Shown piece by piece: positions 25,440 to 38,900 of a stretch of DNA of 60,000 nt (its first letter is position 1; each line of letters starts with the position of its first letter). Source of the stretch: Malacoraja senta. Its lineage: Eukaryota. The position numbers and the translations under genes are program-made. Below the pieces are notes generated by a model that was not told the DNA's origin, searched no databases, and saw only the letters and a program-made list of their open reading frames with translations. Where the stretch lies: the NCBI GenBank assembly GCA_038087875.1, contig CM075989.1:14696001-14756000 (forward strand). The letters are read 5' to 3'.

Positions 25440-25998
25440 GGTGAGAACGTGATGTGGGCCTGCAACACAGGAGGAAATAGATTCACGTTGTCTGTAAGTC
25501 GCATGAGTTACCAAACAAATACACCATTGTCAGGCTAGATAATGCTGTAACCCAACAATGGGCAAAACAGAGGACAAAGATGACAACAGATTTGTATTAA
25601 AGCAGCACCTTACATGCTCTCATATTGGGAACTCGGCAGATGATGTTAACACAAGCTCCTACAAACACTGAACGATTCCCGCCTTGCCCACTGTTGTACA
25701 GGATGTTACGCAGGGTGAACTCTCGCCATGGCACTCCTAATACAATGAATGGGCCAAAGCATGATAAGTGGGGGCTGGGGGTGGGGGGAGGAGGTGCAGT
25801 GTTGGGGTGGGATGGGGTAGAGGCTGAACCGCGGTTGAGATTGGGAACACAGGTTAATGGTGGGTGGTTTAGGTGGGCTCGGGCTGGACAGACTGGTATG
25901 GGGTGTTTCAGGTTTGGGTGCAATGAGGTTATGGTGTGCGAGGAGCTGGTGTTGGGGCAAGGCGCGGTGGAGTTTGGGCTGGATGGGGTTGGGCCAGC

Positions 25999-26618
25999 AA
26001 AAGGATTTGAGTATAGGAGCAGGGAGGTTCTACTGCAGTTGTACAGGGTCTTGGTGAGACCACACCTGGAGTATTGCGTACAGTTTTGGGCTCCTAATCT
26101 GAGGAAAGACATTCTTTCCATAGAGGAGGATCACCAGACTGATTCCTGGGATGTCAGGACTTTCATATGAAGAAAGACTGGATAGACTCGGCTTGTACTC
26201 GCTAGAATTTAGAAGATTGAGGGGTGATCTTATAGAAACTTACAAAATTCTTAAGGGGTTGGACAGGCTAGATGCAGGAAGATTGTTCCCGATGTTGGGG
26301 AAGTCCAGAACAAGGGTCACAGTTTAAGGATAAGGGGGAAGTCTTTTAGGACCGAGATGAGAAAATCATTTTTCACACAGAGAGTGGTGAATCTCTGGAA
26401 TTCTCTGCCACAGAAGGTAGTTGAGGCCAGTTCATTGGCTATATTTAAGAGGGAGTTAGATGTGGCCCTTGTGGCTAAAGGGATCAGGGGGTATGGAGAG
26501 AAGGCAGGTACGGGATACTGAGTTGGATGATCAGCCATGATCACATTGAATGGCGGTGCAGGCTCGAAGGGCCGAATGGCCTACTCCTGCACCTATTTTC
26601 TATGTTTCTATGTTTCTA
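25999..26618 (+). mobile_element. CR1 LINE 3' fragment, low divergence
   Basis: [32 protein letters not shown] motif and (TTTCTATG)n tail. Confidence 0.9.
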
Positions 26619-27889
26619 ACCAGCGTTTTAGGGAAAGGCGAGGCTGGGTTTCGATGGGCTGGGCTGGCATGGAGTGTAGCAGCATTGGGTGCCTCAGTGT
26701 TTTGCCGGGCTGGTGTGATGGGATGGGGGAGGGGGGGGTGCCTGGGCTCGGGCGAGCTGGGCGGCCACTCGGCACAGAGACATGGGACTTGGCTGCATCC
26801 TGGCCAGCAAGGCGAGTCCACTCATGTTGAGCAGCAGCAGCTTCTCCACCGGGCGGTCCCAATGGTTCTCTCATCACCTCCCCTTGAATGTGATGGAAGC
26901 TGCCGTCTCCCAGTCTCTGGCTTCACAGCACTCCCACCAGAGATTCCTCAATGGTTACAGGCTCCACAGTAATCACAGCACAGCCACTCCACACTTCCTT
27001 GGGTCACTTCCTTGCTGTGGAGCTCCACAAGTCAGGATCTCCTCCCAGACACATGCATAACCAGCGGGACAGATATCTCTAGTGCTAATGTATGGGTGAT
27101 TGCTGGTCGGCACAGACTCGGTGGGCCGAAGGGCCTGTTACCACTCTGCATCTCTAAAGTAAAGTCCTTCTTACAGTAGTCTTCTACGATGGTTTGAGTT
27201 GGAGGAACAAGCTGGAGGAAGTACCAGGGAGATAGAGACCAGCCTGCCATTTCCGGTCCACCAGACCATGTCGGAAACGTCAATGAGCAATGCTGATGGC
27301 ATTCCTAACCGCAGGCATGAGAATTCCAGTCTGCCACCGAGATCAAAGACAAGGCCCCTTGGAACTGTTGCCTGCATCATATGACCATCCCATGGGAAGC
27401 CGGAGAGACAAAGTTCAACATTCTTTAGCGGCACCAGCTCCTTGTCATAAGAACAATCGATGAAAGAGATGACCCAGAAACATAAAAGAAACTCACTTGC
27501 AGGCATTCAACCAGAAGCTGTTACAACCGAAGGTAAAACCAGGCGAAAATAACAGGTTATTTCAGATAGAAGAATTAAGCTATTTAAAAAGCGCAGTACC
27601 TTGAAGGCCAAGTGAAGCAGAGGAAACAAACACTGAATAGCAGCCCACTGATCAAGTTCCAAAATAAAAATAAGTGCAGTAAAATTCTGATACTGGCCAT
27701 TGACTTTTCATACGCATTCTGCTGGGTGATGTTTGCAGCTGTCCCTTCCAACTCCCCAAGGTCCTGCACCCTCTTTAAAACTTACCGGGTACAGAATTCA
27801 GTACAACATTTATTATAATACTGTGGAACATCTAAAAAACGAAATTAAAAGTATATTGGGATGTTAATAGGAATAGCATCCAATATTTC

Positions 27890-28185
27890 TGTGGCACAGC
27901 TGGTGGAGCTGATGGCTCACAGAGCCAGAGACCCTCGGATGCTGTCTGCATGGAGATCGCATGTTCCCCCTGTGACTGCGTGCGTTTCCTCTGGGGGGGG
28001 GTTCCGGTTTCCTCCCACATCCCAAAGACGAACGGGTTTGTAGGTTGATTTGTCTCTACACAATTGCCCTCGTGTGCAGGGAGTGGATGCGAATGTGGAA
28101 TAACAGAACTAGTGTGAAGGGGTGATCGATGGACAGTGTGGACTCTATGGGCTGAAGGGCCTGTTTCCATGCTGTAACTTTCAAT
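27890..28185 (+). mobile_element. tRNA-derived SINE (HE1/V-SINE type)
   Basis: Same head, central domain and tail as the copy at 29570. Other copies lie at about 7095-7260 (-), 31920-32213 (-), 35410-35482 (+), 37158-37340 (+), 45165-45365 (+) and 55230-55410 (-). Confidence 0.75.
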
Positions 28186-28594
28186 CACATTTTTTTTTTA
28201 ATGCCAGACTAACACCAAAATCCTGAGTATGCCAAATTCATGGAGTTTTACTGTACAATTTCAATGTGAGACCCAGATTTGAATGCTGACAAGATTTAGC
28301 GCAGTAACAGGCCCTTCAACCCACCACATCCATGCTGTCCATTTTGTTTATCTATACTAATATACAATCTATACTAATCAAGTTTGCCTGCATTAGAACC
28401 ATATCTTTCTATGCCTTGCTTAACATGTCTGTCGACATGCCTCTTAAACATTGTAATTATATCGCATTCCACCACCTCTGGCAGCGTGTTCCAGATATCA
28501 CTCACGCTCTGTGCAAAATCTTATGCCTATGTTCCCCTTTAAATCTCCAGTCCATGCCCTTGTGTTTTTCATACCCCCACCATAACGGACTGTC

Positions 28595-28762
28595 CAGGTT
28601 TCACTGAACACCTCCGCTCACTGTGCCTAGGCCTACTTGATTTCCCGGTTGCTAAACATTTTGACCCCCCCCCCATTCCCACACTGGCCTTTCAGTCCCA
28701 CTTTCAGAGGTAGGCACAACACAAATTGGAGGAAAAGCACCCCATATATTGCTTGGGCAATT
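28595..28762 (+). mobile_element. Degenerate Penelope GIY-YIG fragment
   Basis: RFTEHLRSLCLGLLDFPVAKHF...KLEEKHPIYCLG aligns by eye to the copy at 35483. Confidence 0.7.
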
Positions 28763-28764
28763 TC

Positions 28765-29172
28765 CTCTTAGGCCCCCCTCGGTCATGGCTGACCATGGGT
28801 GCCTTCAGGGTTGGAGGACGCCAGTGCGTGACTTTGTTTAACGTGGGCACTGGTGCACAGACAGCCACCTTAACAGATCTGGGTCAGGATCCAGTGGCAT
28901 GGAGTCCAAGACGACCGGAGACCCTTTTCTGCTGCAGCCTTCATCCGCCTTCCCAGTCGCTGTGACGCTCCACTATGGTCAGCCATCATCCTCCGCCTGT
29001 TCCACCGTTGAGGTCTTGGTTGGATTGCTCTTCGTCAGAGTCCCCCCCCCCCCCCTTGACCTTACCACCATGGGTGGCCCTACCAGGAGTATAGCTCCAG
29101 ACGGCATCGCTCTCAGGATCTCAGGACCACACAAGCTTCTCCACCACCACAAGGTGACAACCCACGGAGAAC
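28765..29172 (-). mobile_element. RTE/Expander-derived non-autonomous element
   Basis: Minus strand begins GTTGTCACCTTGTGGTGGTGGAGAAGCTTGTGTGGTCCTGAGATCCTGAGAGCGATGCCG...CTCCTGGTAGGG, resembling RTE-clade 5' UTRs from memory. It ends CCTAAGAGGAA with no ORF in between. Confidence 0.6.
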
Positions 29173-29569
29173 CTGGGCAATTTACAACCCAATGACCATG
29201 AAAAGGTTTCCTTGCCACCAAAATCTTCTTTCATTCTTGACAAGCTAAATACATGCGACACCTTAACCCAGTGGCTGCCGGTCACAATTACTGGGAGTGG
29301 CATCGAGGTGCATTTCAAGGTATCAAGGTACATATCTCCCATCTTCTCTGAGACTTTGGTGCAACAAACAATCTGATGGAGAAGTTCAGCAGTCAAGCGG
29401 CATCTGTGGAGAGAAAGGAAGGGAAACAGCATCCATCCCCAGCGGCTGTTCGAACTGTGAGTTCCCCAACTGATTGTTTGCTATTTCAGAAGGCTTGCTG
29501 ATGTTGCCTGGACTGACTGGGTCCCCATTGCCACTAAACCTGTCACCAATGGCAACAGTCACCAGTCAT

Positions 29570-29870
29570 TTCAGTTTAGTTCAGAGATACAGCATGGAAA
29601 CAGGCCCTTCGGCCCACCGAGTCTGCACCGACCAGGGATCCCTGCAAACTAACACTACCCTACACACACCATTTTACATTTATACCAAGCCAATTAACCT
29701 ACAAACCAGTACGTTGTTGGAGTGGGAGGAAACTGAAGATCTCTGAGAAAACCCACATAGGTCACGGGGAGAACGTACAAATTCCATACTGGCAGCACCC
29801 GTAGTCAGGATCGAACCAGGGTCTCTGGCGCTGTAATGCAGTAGCTCCACCACTATGCCATTGTGCCGCC
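29570..29870 (-). mobile_element. Full-length tRNA-derived SINE (HE1/V-SINE type)
   Basis: Minus strand shows a head GGGCGGCACAATGGCATAGTGG (box A), box B GGTTCGATCC, a central GGGTTTTCTC...TTTCCTCCCAC domain and a CR1-like tail GGGCCGAAGGGCCTGTTTCCATGCTGTATCTCTGAACTAAAC. Confidence 0.85.
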
Positions 29871-30289
29871 CTCAATGAAGGTGCTATTTTGTCAACTATT
29901 GCATGAGCCACAGGAACATCAAACCCCCAGCGAAGATGCATGCCTTGAACATTGAAGCCATCTACAGGGCCACATCCCCATGGTACAACTAGGAGAGTTG
30001 CCATGAAGTGCTGGGTCCAGTCAAGTCGCTTGTTTGAAAACTAAGCAAATCACAATGCTAAATGATCGTTCCCTCAGGGAGCCAGTCAGCATCTGGTATA
30101 ACTTGTTCCCACTCCACTGAGCCTTGCAGTTAACTGGAGCCCCCTCTGGGGATCTACAAGTTCTGCCATGGATGGGCTGGTTATTTAGAACATGCTATTG
30201 TTTTATCCACTGCCTGTCCATGGCTTTTGCACGCTCCCTATATAGACATTGAAGGAGATGCATACCTTCTTGGAGCTCAATCTCCGTTT

Positions 30290-30920
30290 TTGACCGGCCA
30301 TCGCTCAGAGATGAGGTGATGAGGATGTTATTGCATCGCCCCTCCCAAAGACACCAGATCTCCCAGCATTTTCACTGCCCACTGACACACTTCATGCCGT
30401 GATGTTTCATGAGTCTGGTGTCTGTCCAGCCCATCGCAGTGAGCAGCTTGTGTCACAACCTCCGTGCTTGGAATTGTGTGGGAGAGGATGACACCATTGT
30501 ACATTAGATAAACCAGGTGGTTGGGGGGAGTTTGTGGAGATTATGTCGGATGCATTGCCCCAGATCTTGACTTCCCCATTACAGGCGGTCCACGCCAGCA
30601 GAACACAAGATGTACAACTGCAGCACCACAGACCCCAGGCTGTGCTGGGTTGGAGGAGTTTGTTGGCTGAAAGCAGTGGCAAATCTTGTCTGTTATCAAT
30701 GTCTGCATCTGTACAGTGCTGGCTCCCGAGGCAAGGAAAGCGATCCAATTTTCCAGACTCTCGTGCCAGGTGAGGCGAGGTGCAGTGAAGACAGGCAGGT
30801 AGCCAGCAGAGGCCAGTTTTCCGATCATCCAGAGAACCGACTCCACTCTAGCGTGAGGGAAGGTGCAGTTTTGCAGTGAAGAAGATGAACAGGGTTGGTG
30901 AGACGATGTAGGCTTGCTCA
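30290..30920 (-). mobile_element. Old RTE LINE ORF fragment
   Basis: Residual DRFPCLGS...DADID and LRWAG motifs on the minus strand. Confidence 0.5.
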
Positions 30921-32729
30921 ACCACAGCTTGCACTGGAATGCACTGCGATGGTTTAATGGCCAGGCTCACACCTTGTGTCATCATGTCAATGCCAAATTT
31001 ATGGCAAGCCTGACTTTAGGGAGACTCCACTGTAATTCCAAAGAGAAAATCCCCTTCACTTGCAGTCGGCAAAGAGGCGGAGTCATTATAATCCAAAAAG
31101 ATAATGACCTTAAATCTGAAACTCAAAAGCATTAAAATTTAATTCACATTTTGGTTCTTTAATTGTCGCCTTTCACTGAATCACTCCAGTCGGCCATCCA
31201 TCATTCTTTCAGTCTTTAGTTCAACACCTTCTCATTTCTCTGGCTCTTGCTTATATCCAAACCTCGATCAAGCTGATACTTCAACACTCTCTCTCCTGAC
31301 ACTTCCGGTGTTTAGTTGCAGAAATATCTGTCATATTCCATAAGTTATTGGTTGGTACAATCCCAGTCACATTCCCAGACAGAAAAAAAATGCAATAGAA
31401 AGCTTTTATTCCACAAGTATTGTCTATGCTACCTCAGCACTTAATCACTGTGGACTTTTACATAAGATGGCACCACGCATTGGGCTTGCACTTTTATGGT
31501 TTGTTTATCTAATATAATCGATAAATCATTGGATTAGTGTTAAATGTATATTTGTGTGTTGTGATGTGTCTAATGTGCCGATAAGGCTGCAGCAAGCAAG
31601 AATTTCATTGTCGTTCACGGTGCATAAGGTCATTCAACATTCTTGACTTTCTTTCTGACACTCACTCTCTCGCTAGTCACAACTATTCTTAAGCAAACAT
31701 CTACCGATCAATTCTTGGCACACTAGCGAGTCACTGGATGAAGATGAGGGGGACCTCCTGGGGTTCAGGGAGAAGCAGGAGGGTGGAGGGTTGGTGAGAA
31801 AGATGTTGGCTTCTCCCTCACAATCCCACTCCTCAATTCCAGTATCAACAAGCACCCTTTTAGTTTAGAAAACGTTTTAAAGTTTTGTGAATATCCATAG
31901 CAGGTTTTTATACATTTATTTGCAGATACAGTGTGGAAACAGGCTCTTCGGCCCACCGAGTCCACACCGACCAACATAACACCCGTTCACTGGTTCTATC
32001 CTACACACTAGGAACAATTTACAGAAGCCAATTAACCTACACAACTTTGGTTTGTGGGAGGAAACCAGAGCACCCGGACATAATACACATGGTCACAGGA
32101 GAATGTACAAACCAAACTCCGCTCTATGATCTTTGGTACAAACTCCGTACAGATGGAACCCGGGTCCGTGGAGCTGCAAGGCAGCAACTTTACCACTGCT
32201 CCACATTGCCTCACCTCATCCTATTTTTTTTTTGGTGAATTCACAGCAACATGTACCCAAGTAGATTTGCAGCCACTGCTGTGGAAGTTTAACATGCATT
32301 GAAATGATTGTGTCAGATGGTGGGTACTGAACACAGGGGTATAGGAGCCGCACTGCATCAGTTAAGATGGTTGGGCAAGAGGTGTCACATTAATTTCTCA
32401 CCTCTATTGTGCAAATCTGTTAATCCTTGTGAAACAATTACACCAGAATGACTCTTGGAGGTTAGAAGATTCATTTAGCTGAAGGACAGGAAGCTGAACT
32501 GCCTGGTGTCTCCTAATCACTAGGTGCAAGCTGCATGTTATTCAAAGTGGGAGAGGTTTCAGAACCAGTTTCATCACTGATGCAATGCATCTTTTAGCTG
32601 CTACAATGAAAACCTGTACTCCATGCTTTTATTTCTAAAACCTTAATATCCATTACCACTTGCATTCAGGAGAATTACCTATTATTAAACCGCTCCCTGT
32701 CCACCCATTTCTCCCACAAGGTCAGAAGA

Positions 32730-33130
32730 TATAAGAGCAGAATTAGGATGTTCAGCCCATCAAGTCGGCTCTGCCATTCAATCATGGCTGATCTATCTTT
32801 CCCTCTCAACCCCATTTTCCTGCCTTCTCCCCATAACCTTTGACGCCCTTACAAATCAAGAACCTATCAATCTCTGCTTTAAAAATAACCAAAGACTTCA
32901 CAGCCATCTGTGGCAATGAATTCCACAAATTCACCACCTCACCGGGACGGACGGAGTGGGCCGAAGAGCCTGTTTCCACACAGTATCTGTAAATAAATAT
33001 ATACGGTACACCCACTTATTCTGAAGTTGTGCCCTCTGGCCCTAGACTCTCCCACTACTGGAAGCATCTGGTCCACATCCATGCTATCTAGGCCTTTCAT
33101 TATTTGGTAAGTTTCAATAAGATCTCCGTC
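32730..33130 (-). mobile_element. CR1 LINE 3' fragments
   Basis: GDLIETYQIMKGLD and VVNLWNSLPQ motifs on the minus strand. Similar pieces occur at 5080-5690 (-), 10420-11320 (+) and 13215-14140 (+). Confidence 0.75.
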
Positions 33131-34544
33131 AACCTTCCAATTGAGTTCAGGCTTAATTTTTTGATAGTTCTTTGCACAATAAGGACCCTCATCATCACTG
33201 CAGGCCACCCAGGGACTGCAGCAGTGGGGAGACCATCACCCACCTCTTTCAGAGAGAGACAAGTGCTATCTGTAGCAGCAGCTCTGTAATAAGACCATCC
33301 TCTGTAGCTGCCTTCATACACGCGGAGAGACCACCGACTCAGTGAAGCGGCTGGCGGTAAGCCACAGAGAAAACTCTTCCAACACTTGAGCAAAAGGCAT
33401 GTCCTTGCTCACAGACAAATGGGGGGGGGGGGGGTAGAACAGTGAGCAGGCTGCTGTGTCGTACCACAACCCACTGCTCTACCCGGGACGTTGCACAAAA
33501 TACAAGGCCAAGACTAGTTTAACAACAATGATATCGCTCCAAGCGTTTGAGTTGATTCTATGTATTTTTGTTATCTTGACATTTGCATGTGTCCATTTTA
33601 ATTTCTTTGGAAAAATGTTTGCTTTAGATATTTTGGACTGTACACAAGCCGAACAAAAACAGGAAATTAATTGGTTTTATTAACTCCGTTTTCAGGATCT
33701 GAGAGTTGTTGATAAAAGCCAGCATTTGTTGCCCATCCCTAACTGTGCTGCAGTGGCGGTGGTGTTGGTGTGAGTCATTTTTCTGAAGCACTGTGGTCCT
33801 ATTGAACTCGCCATGCTGCTGTGTAGGGAGAGCAAGAGTGAAAACCCAGCGGTAATGAAGGATAATGGAGATATTGTATAATAGATTTCATGTGTAGTAT
33901 TATGGTTGGGACATAAATGGTGCATCTCGTTCCACATGAAGATTGTTGGTAAAACGTCTTATCACCAGAGATTTCAAATAAGCACCAACCTATGTCAGGA
34001 TGCCATTTCATCAACTACATCTCAGACTTAATAACAACTTCCTCCCCACTGATTCCATCTCCTGAACCAACCACCTCTTTCACACCCCATTGCAGAGATG
34101 CTGCCACATACTTAATCTTTACCTCATTCAGTTATTCCCTTGTTATACTGCACTTTAATATTCTTTTACACGAGTTGGATTTTGCACCACAAACTTGCCC
34201 CATGCTGCTGCTTTCCATTCATCATGTATTTATCATAACTGGATGTATATTGTTTATTCTGTGGGCTTCATGTGAACAAGAAGGTATCGTACCCTGGTAT
34301 TCATGACAAACTATTCTGATCTAATCCCACCCTGCTTGGCTGGTGGGAGTAGGGCCTTTCCTCAAAGCTCCTTTTGTGGACAGTTGAAGGCACAATCCCA
34401 GCACGTGATCCTCATGACGGGTGCTGTGGGGAAAAGAGCTCATCCATCTCCTTCCAGGATGTGCGCTTGATAAAGGAGGTGGGCAAGGAGATGCAGTGAT
34501 CTTTTAAACCGTCCATCTCAAACTGCTGTCTAACACTGATGGTA

Positions 34545-34752
34545 AACACAAAAAACTGGAGTAACTCAGCGGGTCAAACAACATCTCTGGAGAAAAGATG
34601 GAAATAGGGTGACGTTTCAGGTCGAGACCCTTCCTCAGACTGAAACATCACCCGCTCCTTTTCTCCAGAGATGCTGTTTGACCCGTTGAGTTACTCCAGC
34701 TTTTTGTGTCTATCTTCGCTTTAAACCAGCATCTGCAGTTCCTTCCAACACA
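34545..34752. repeat. Fold-back PLE terminal-repeat insertion
   Basis: Inverted arms meeting near 34640. Similar older copies lie at about 10323-10420, 12175-12378, 13500-13640, 14815-15100, 20543-20730, 36770-36865, 38820-38910, 42290-43055, 43415-43575, 46480-47020, 51480-51665 and 59780-59900. Confidence 0.8.
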
Positions 34753-35482
34753 TTTCATCTGCTGCGTGACACTGCTCCATGGGCGGTTCCCAAGGATGCA
34801 GTGAGACAATCAGCCTCTGCTGAACATGGTCTGCCCTGTGCCTGGAGCTACCCCGCGAGCAGGTGCTGCAGGCTGGCACACTCCAGGGTGCAAGGCCAAG
34901 TACTGGAACCCAGGGCAGTCACCGCAAACAAACGTTCAACAAGCAGAGTCTCTTTGCCACAGCACATTCACAGGCTGCAACCTGTGAAAAATCTTGCAAA
35001 CTGTTATATCAAGCAACACAATGCAAAAGAAAAACGGATTTTCTGCAGATATTTGTACATAAGGTTTATAAGACCTGTCCTGTGCTCTAAATATCAATAT
35101 AAATGCAATACATTTCCCCATCAAATGTGTAGTTGTGATATAATACAATAATTACATTCATAAGAAACCTCGCGCTATAGAAAATCATGTTATAAAAACA
35201 ATTCTGTCAGTGGGGAAAGGGGATTAGGGGAAAGGGAATTAGGGGACAGAGAGTTGCAGACTCGCAATACAAAAGTTATATTTCCTCTCCGGATTAAAAA
35301 AATAAATGTCTGTTTTAATAGCAAGAAGTTTATTTTTGTTACTGTAAGTGAAAAATGTTGAAAGCTGTATGTTCCATTGTTTAATAGAGTATCGTTACAC
35401 AAGTGTCAATAGTTGGTGGAGTTGCTGCCTTACAGCACCAGAGACCCGGGTTCGATCCTGACTACGGGCGTTTGTCTGTACG

Positions 35483-35945
35483 GCGATCGTTTCACTGAGC
35501 ACCTCCGCTCAGTCCGCCTAAACCTACCTGATCTCCCGGTTGCTCAGCACTTTTAACTCCCCCTCCCATTCCCAATATGACCTTTCTGTCCTGGGCCTCC
35601 TCCATTGTCAGAGTGAGGCCCAGCGCAAATGAGAGGAACAGCACCTCATATTTCGCTTTGGTAGCTTACACCCCAGCGGTGTGAACATTGACCTCTCTAA
35701 CTTCAAGTAGCCCTTGCTTTCCTCTCTCTCCATCCCCTCCCCCTTCCCAGTTCTCCCACCAGTCTTACTGTCTCCGACTACATTCTATCTTTGTCCTGCC
35801 CCACTCCCCTGACATCAGTCTGAAGAAGGGTCTCGAACCGAAACATCACCCATTCCTTCTCCCCAGAGATGCTGCCTGTCCCGCTGAGTTACTCCAGCAT
35901 TTTGTGTCTACCTTCGATTTAAACCAGCATCTGCAATTCTTTCCT
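35483..35945 (+). mobile_element. Penelope-like element 3' end: GIY-YIG endonuclease C-terminus plus terminal repeat
   Basis: Translates with frameshifts as DRFTEHLRSVRLNLPDLPVAQHF..NSPSHSQYDLSVLGLLHCQSEAQRK..EEQHLIFRFGSLHPSGVNIDLSNFK*. A pyrimidine tract and the CTGAAGAAGGG...GAAA repeat found throughout the window follow. Confidence 0.85.
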
Positions 35946-38900
35946 AAACTAAAAGGTGATTGCTTGTTCGCCTCCCACAGTTAAAAAGTAGCAGCTGTGT
36001 TCTCATGAGACAGTGCTGTTTGATCACTGCAGGCAAGTTACATGGAAACACTTTTCCTCTGACAGCTTTTTTCCTGCTTATCACTGAAGTTTATTGTATT
36101 AATAATTTGAGAAGATTAGTAATTTTCAAGTGTTTCTCAAGTTCCCGATCAAAATCGTATTTTAAGCAATGCGGCCCAAGCAATATAAATAAGGCGCCCT
36201 AATCCTTCAATCACATTACGTTCACTTCATGTAATGGAAATGTGCTAGAACAGAACTACCTGCGTTTTCAAAAAGATAGTTGCTCAATGCACCAGACAAG
36301 GGAAAGAGAATTACTAGGTTGTGAAAGGATTTGAAAAAGTTGCACAATAACAAACTAATTCCGTGCTGTAATATCAACCGAGTGAGTATAGAGGCTTTGT
36401 GTGGGACGCACTCCACAAATAACATCGTCAGCCATTCCCAAAAGGACAGGACTAGATGTCAGGAAAATTGTGCTGCTATGGAAAGAGATGGGTTTTAAAT
36501 AAACATCAGAATGCGTTGGAAGGATGCTACATTGTACCTGTGAAAGAATGCATTAGTCAGCTCCAGTTGGTGTTACTTGGAGGCTGCACAGAGCAACAGA
36601 GAATTTGCTGGCAAATGCGTGCAGTTCAACAAAATCACCAACAACTGCCAGTGTAAATGGAAATCTTAGATTTTCACACATTCAAAAGCAAGGCCATATC
36701 TTTCAATTTCCTCCCTTGGTATGCCATGGAAGCAGTCAACCTTGCTGATAGGCTGACTGACAGATTGAATGAGTCTGAAGAAGGGTCTCGACCCAAAATG
36801 TTACCTATCCATTTTCTCCAGAGATGCTGCCTGGCCCGTTGAGTAACTCCAGCACGTTGTGTCTATGACTGATAGGCTTCTTGTCTTCACAGTTAATGCC
36901 CCAGCATATATTCCTGAGTAAACCAGTGTCTCAGATCCTGTGCCAGGTGAACCCTGCACAGCATCTACAACCCAACAAGCAGACTGTGAGGTTTAAATGT
37001 GGCAGGCAGATCCCTTCAACAACATTGTATCTCATTGCTTTAATTGCATAAATGTTTTGGGGCGTGTGACATATTTTTTTGAAAGAATCATGAATTTTAG
37101 TTTTTGTGCATCTGTGAAGTCAAACCTTGTTAGCTTGGACACTGGCAGAGCAGACCTTGGTGGCACAGCAGTAGAGTTGCTGCCTTACAGCGCCAGAGAC
37201 CCGGATTCAATCCCGGCTACGGTTGCTTGTCCGCACGTTCAGAACCCCCGTGACCTACGTGGGTTTTCTCCGAGATCTTCGGTTTCCTCCCCCACTCCAA
37301 AGACGTACAGGTTTGTAGGTTAATTAGCTCGTTATAAATGTGACGTTGTCAGCTGTAGAGGCACTTCTGGCTGTTTCAGGGACAGGGCTTCTTGCCCAGT
37401 CACTGCTTAAGCCCAGTCAGTGGAGGGCTCAACGTCCCTTCACACCTGGGCTGGGCGAGTGCAAATGTACACTGTCCACACATGATGGGTTCACGATGCA
37501 AGATGCAGCTCCACTTTATTGCCACACCACTTGGTGAATCATTTTTAATGAACTCCGAGCTACAATCTGGAATGGATGGTGTGAAACTGGTGGAAACAAA
37601 TGTTTGCAGTGGTTTGTAGAAGGTCTCTTGGCCCATCCTGATCACACCATCAGACCCATCCGCCACCTATTTGGCCATTGTGAACTGTCGCTGAAGTGTA
37701 TGAGATTGTGGGAAGGAGATAAAAAGGGGATTAATATAGAATTTGTGTAAATGGGTGGTTGACGGTTGGCGTGATTCACTCCGTGGACCAAGGGCCTGTT
37801 TCTGTGTCTCACCAATGCAGACAAATCCTTAACATCTAAACAGAAAGATAGCACTAGCAACGATGCAGCACTCCCTCCGCACCTCACCAGAAGGTTACAT
37901 TGGTCTCTGAAGTGGGGCTTATAGTGTTGACCCCTAGATTCAGGTGAGGTGGACACTGCACCACACAGCAGCCACCACAACACTGCACTGGAGCTGGTGG
38001 CTGCTCGCCAGTTACTGGACACGGAACAGCGGCAATGAAATGAACCAGCAACTCACTCATTCAGACACATTTTCATCCCATAACATGGTCCTTTTCCATT
38101 AGGGGTCAGGTCGGGGTGAGTTCCCCCCACCACGGGTACCTGCTCCATGGTCGGATAGTCGGCGACTAAACCGTCTCCCCCACCTGGTTTGCCAGGTGAG
38201 GAGGGGGCTGTGGAACCCCAGCAGGACCAGAAACAAATCTGTTAAAGGGCGGATGAGCTCCTAGTGAGCCAACGGCCATCCACACTTCAGTAGAAGTTGT
38301 GATCACTGTCGTACACAGCATTGTAAGGCACCGTGCCCATTGATGTTTTCAACGATGATGATATTGATGATTTTCCATTATCAAGAGTACAGTGAAGCTC
38401 CGATAATCCACCATCAGATCACTCAGAAATGCTGATGGATTGGCAGCTGGATGTCCAGGTAATAACTATATAACAATTACAGCATGGAAACAGGCCATCT
38501 CGGCCCTTCAAGTCCATGCCGAACACTTTTTCTCCCCTAGTCCCATCTACCTGCATAACCCTCCATTCCTTTCTCGTCCATATACCCATCCAATCTATTT
38601 TTAAATGATAAATGTTTGCCAATGCTCCCTGCCCTCCGTCAACTTATCTTAGCTTTCATACCATGCAATGTCTGATGAAGCGCATTTATATGCCTTGAAG
38701 TACTAAGAGAAATAACATCCAAGAGTCTGGAAAATGGCCGGCCTGGTGCCAATGTCCTGCGCATGCCCGATTATGGCAGTTTCTAAAATCGCTTTTCAAT
38801 ACAGACCAGGGGAAAAGACCTATAGGGTCCTGATCCGAAATGTCACCAGAGATTTTCTCCAGAGATGCTGCCTGACCCGCCTAATTACTCCAGCATTTTG

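Noticed and set aside
25597..26170. 174-aa and 181-aa ORFs next to the first coding exon
   Set aside because: Read-through of G-rich low-complexity sequence into a CR1 fragment.
29800..29870. tRNA gene
   Set aside because: The A and B boxes belong to the head of a SINE with a LINE-derived tail, and there is no complete cloverleaf.
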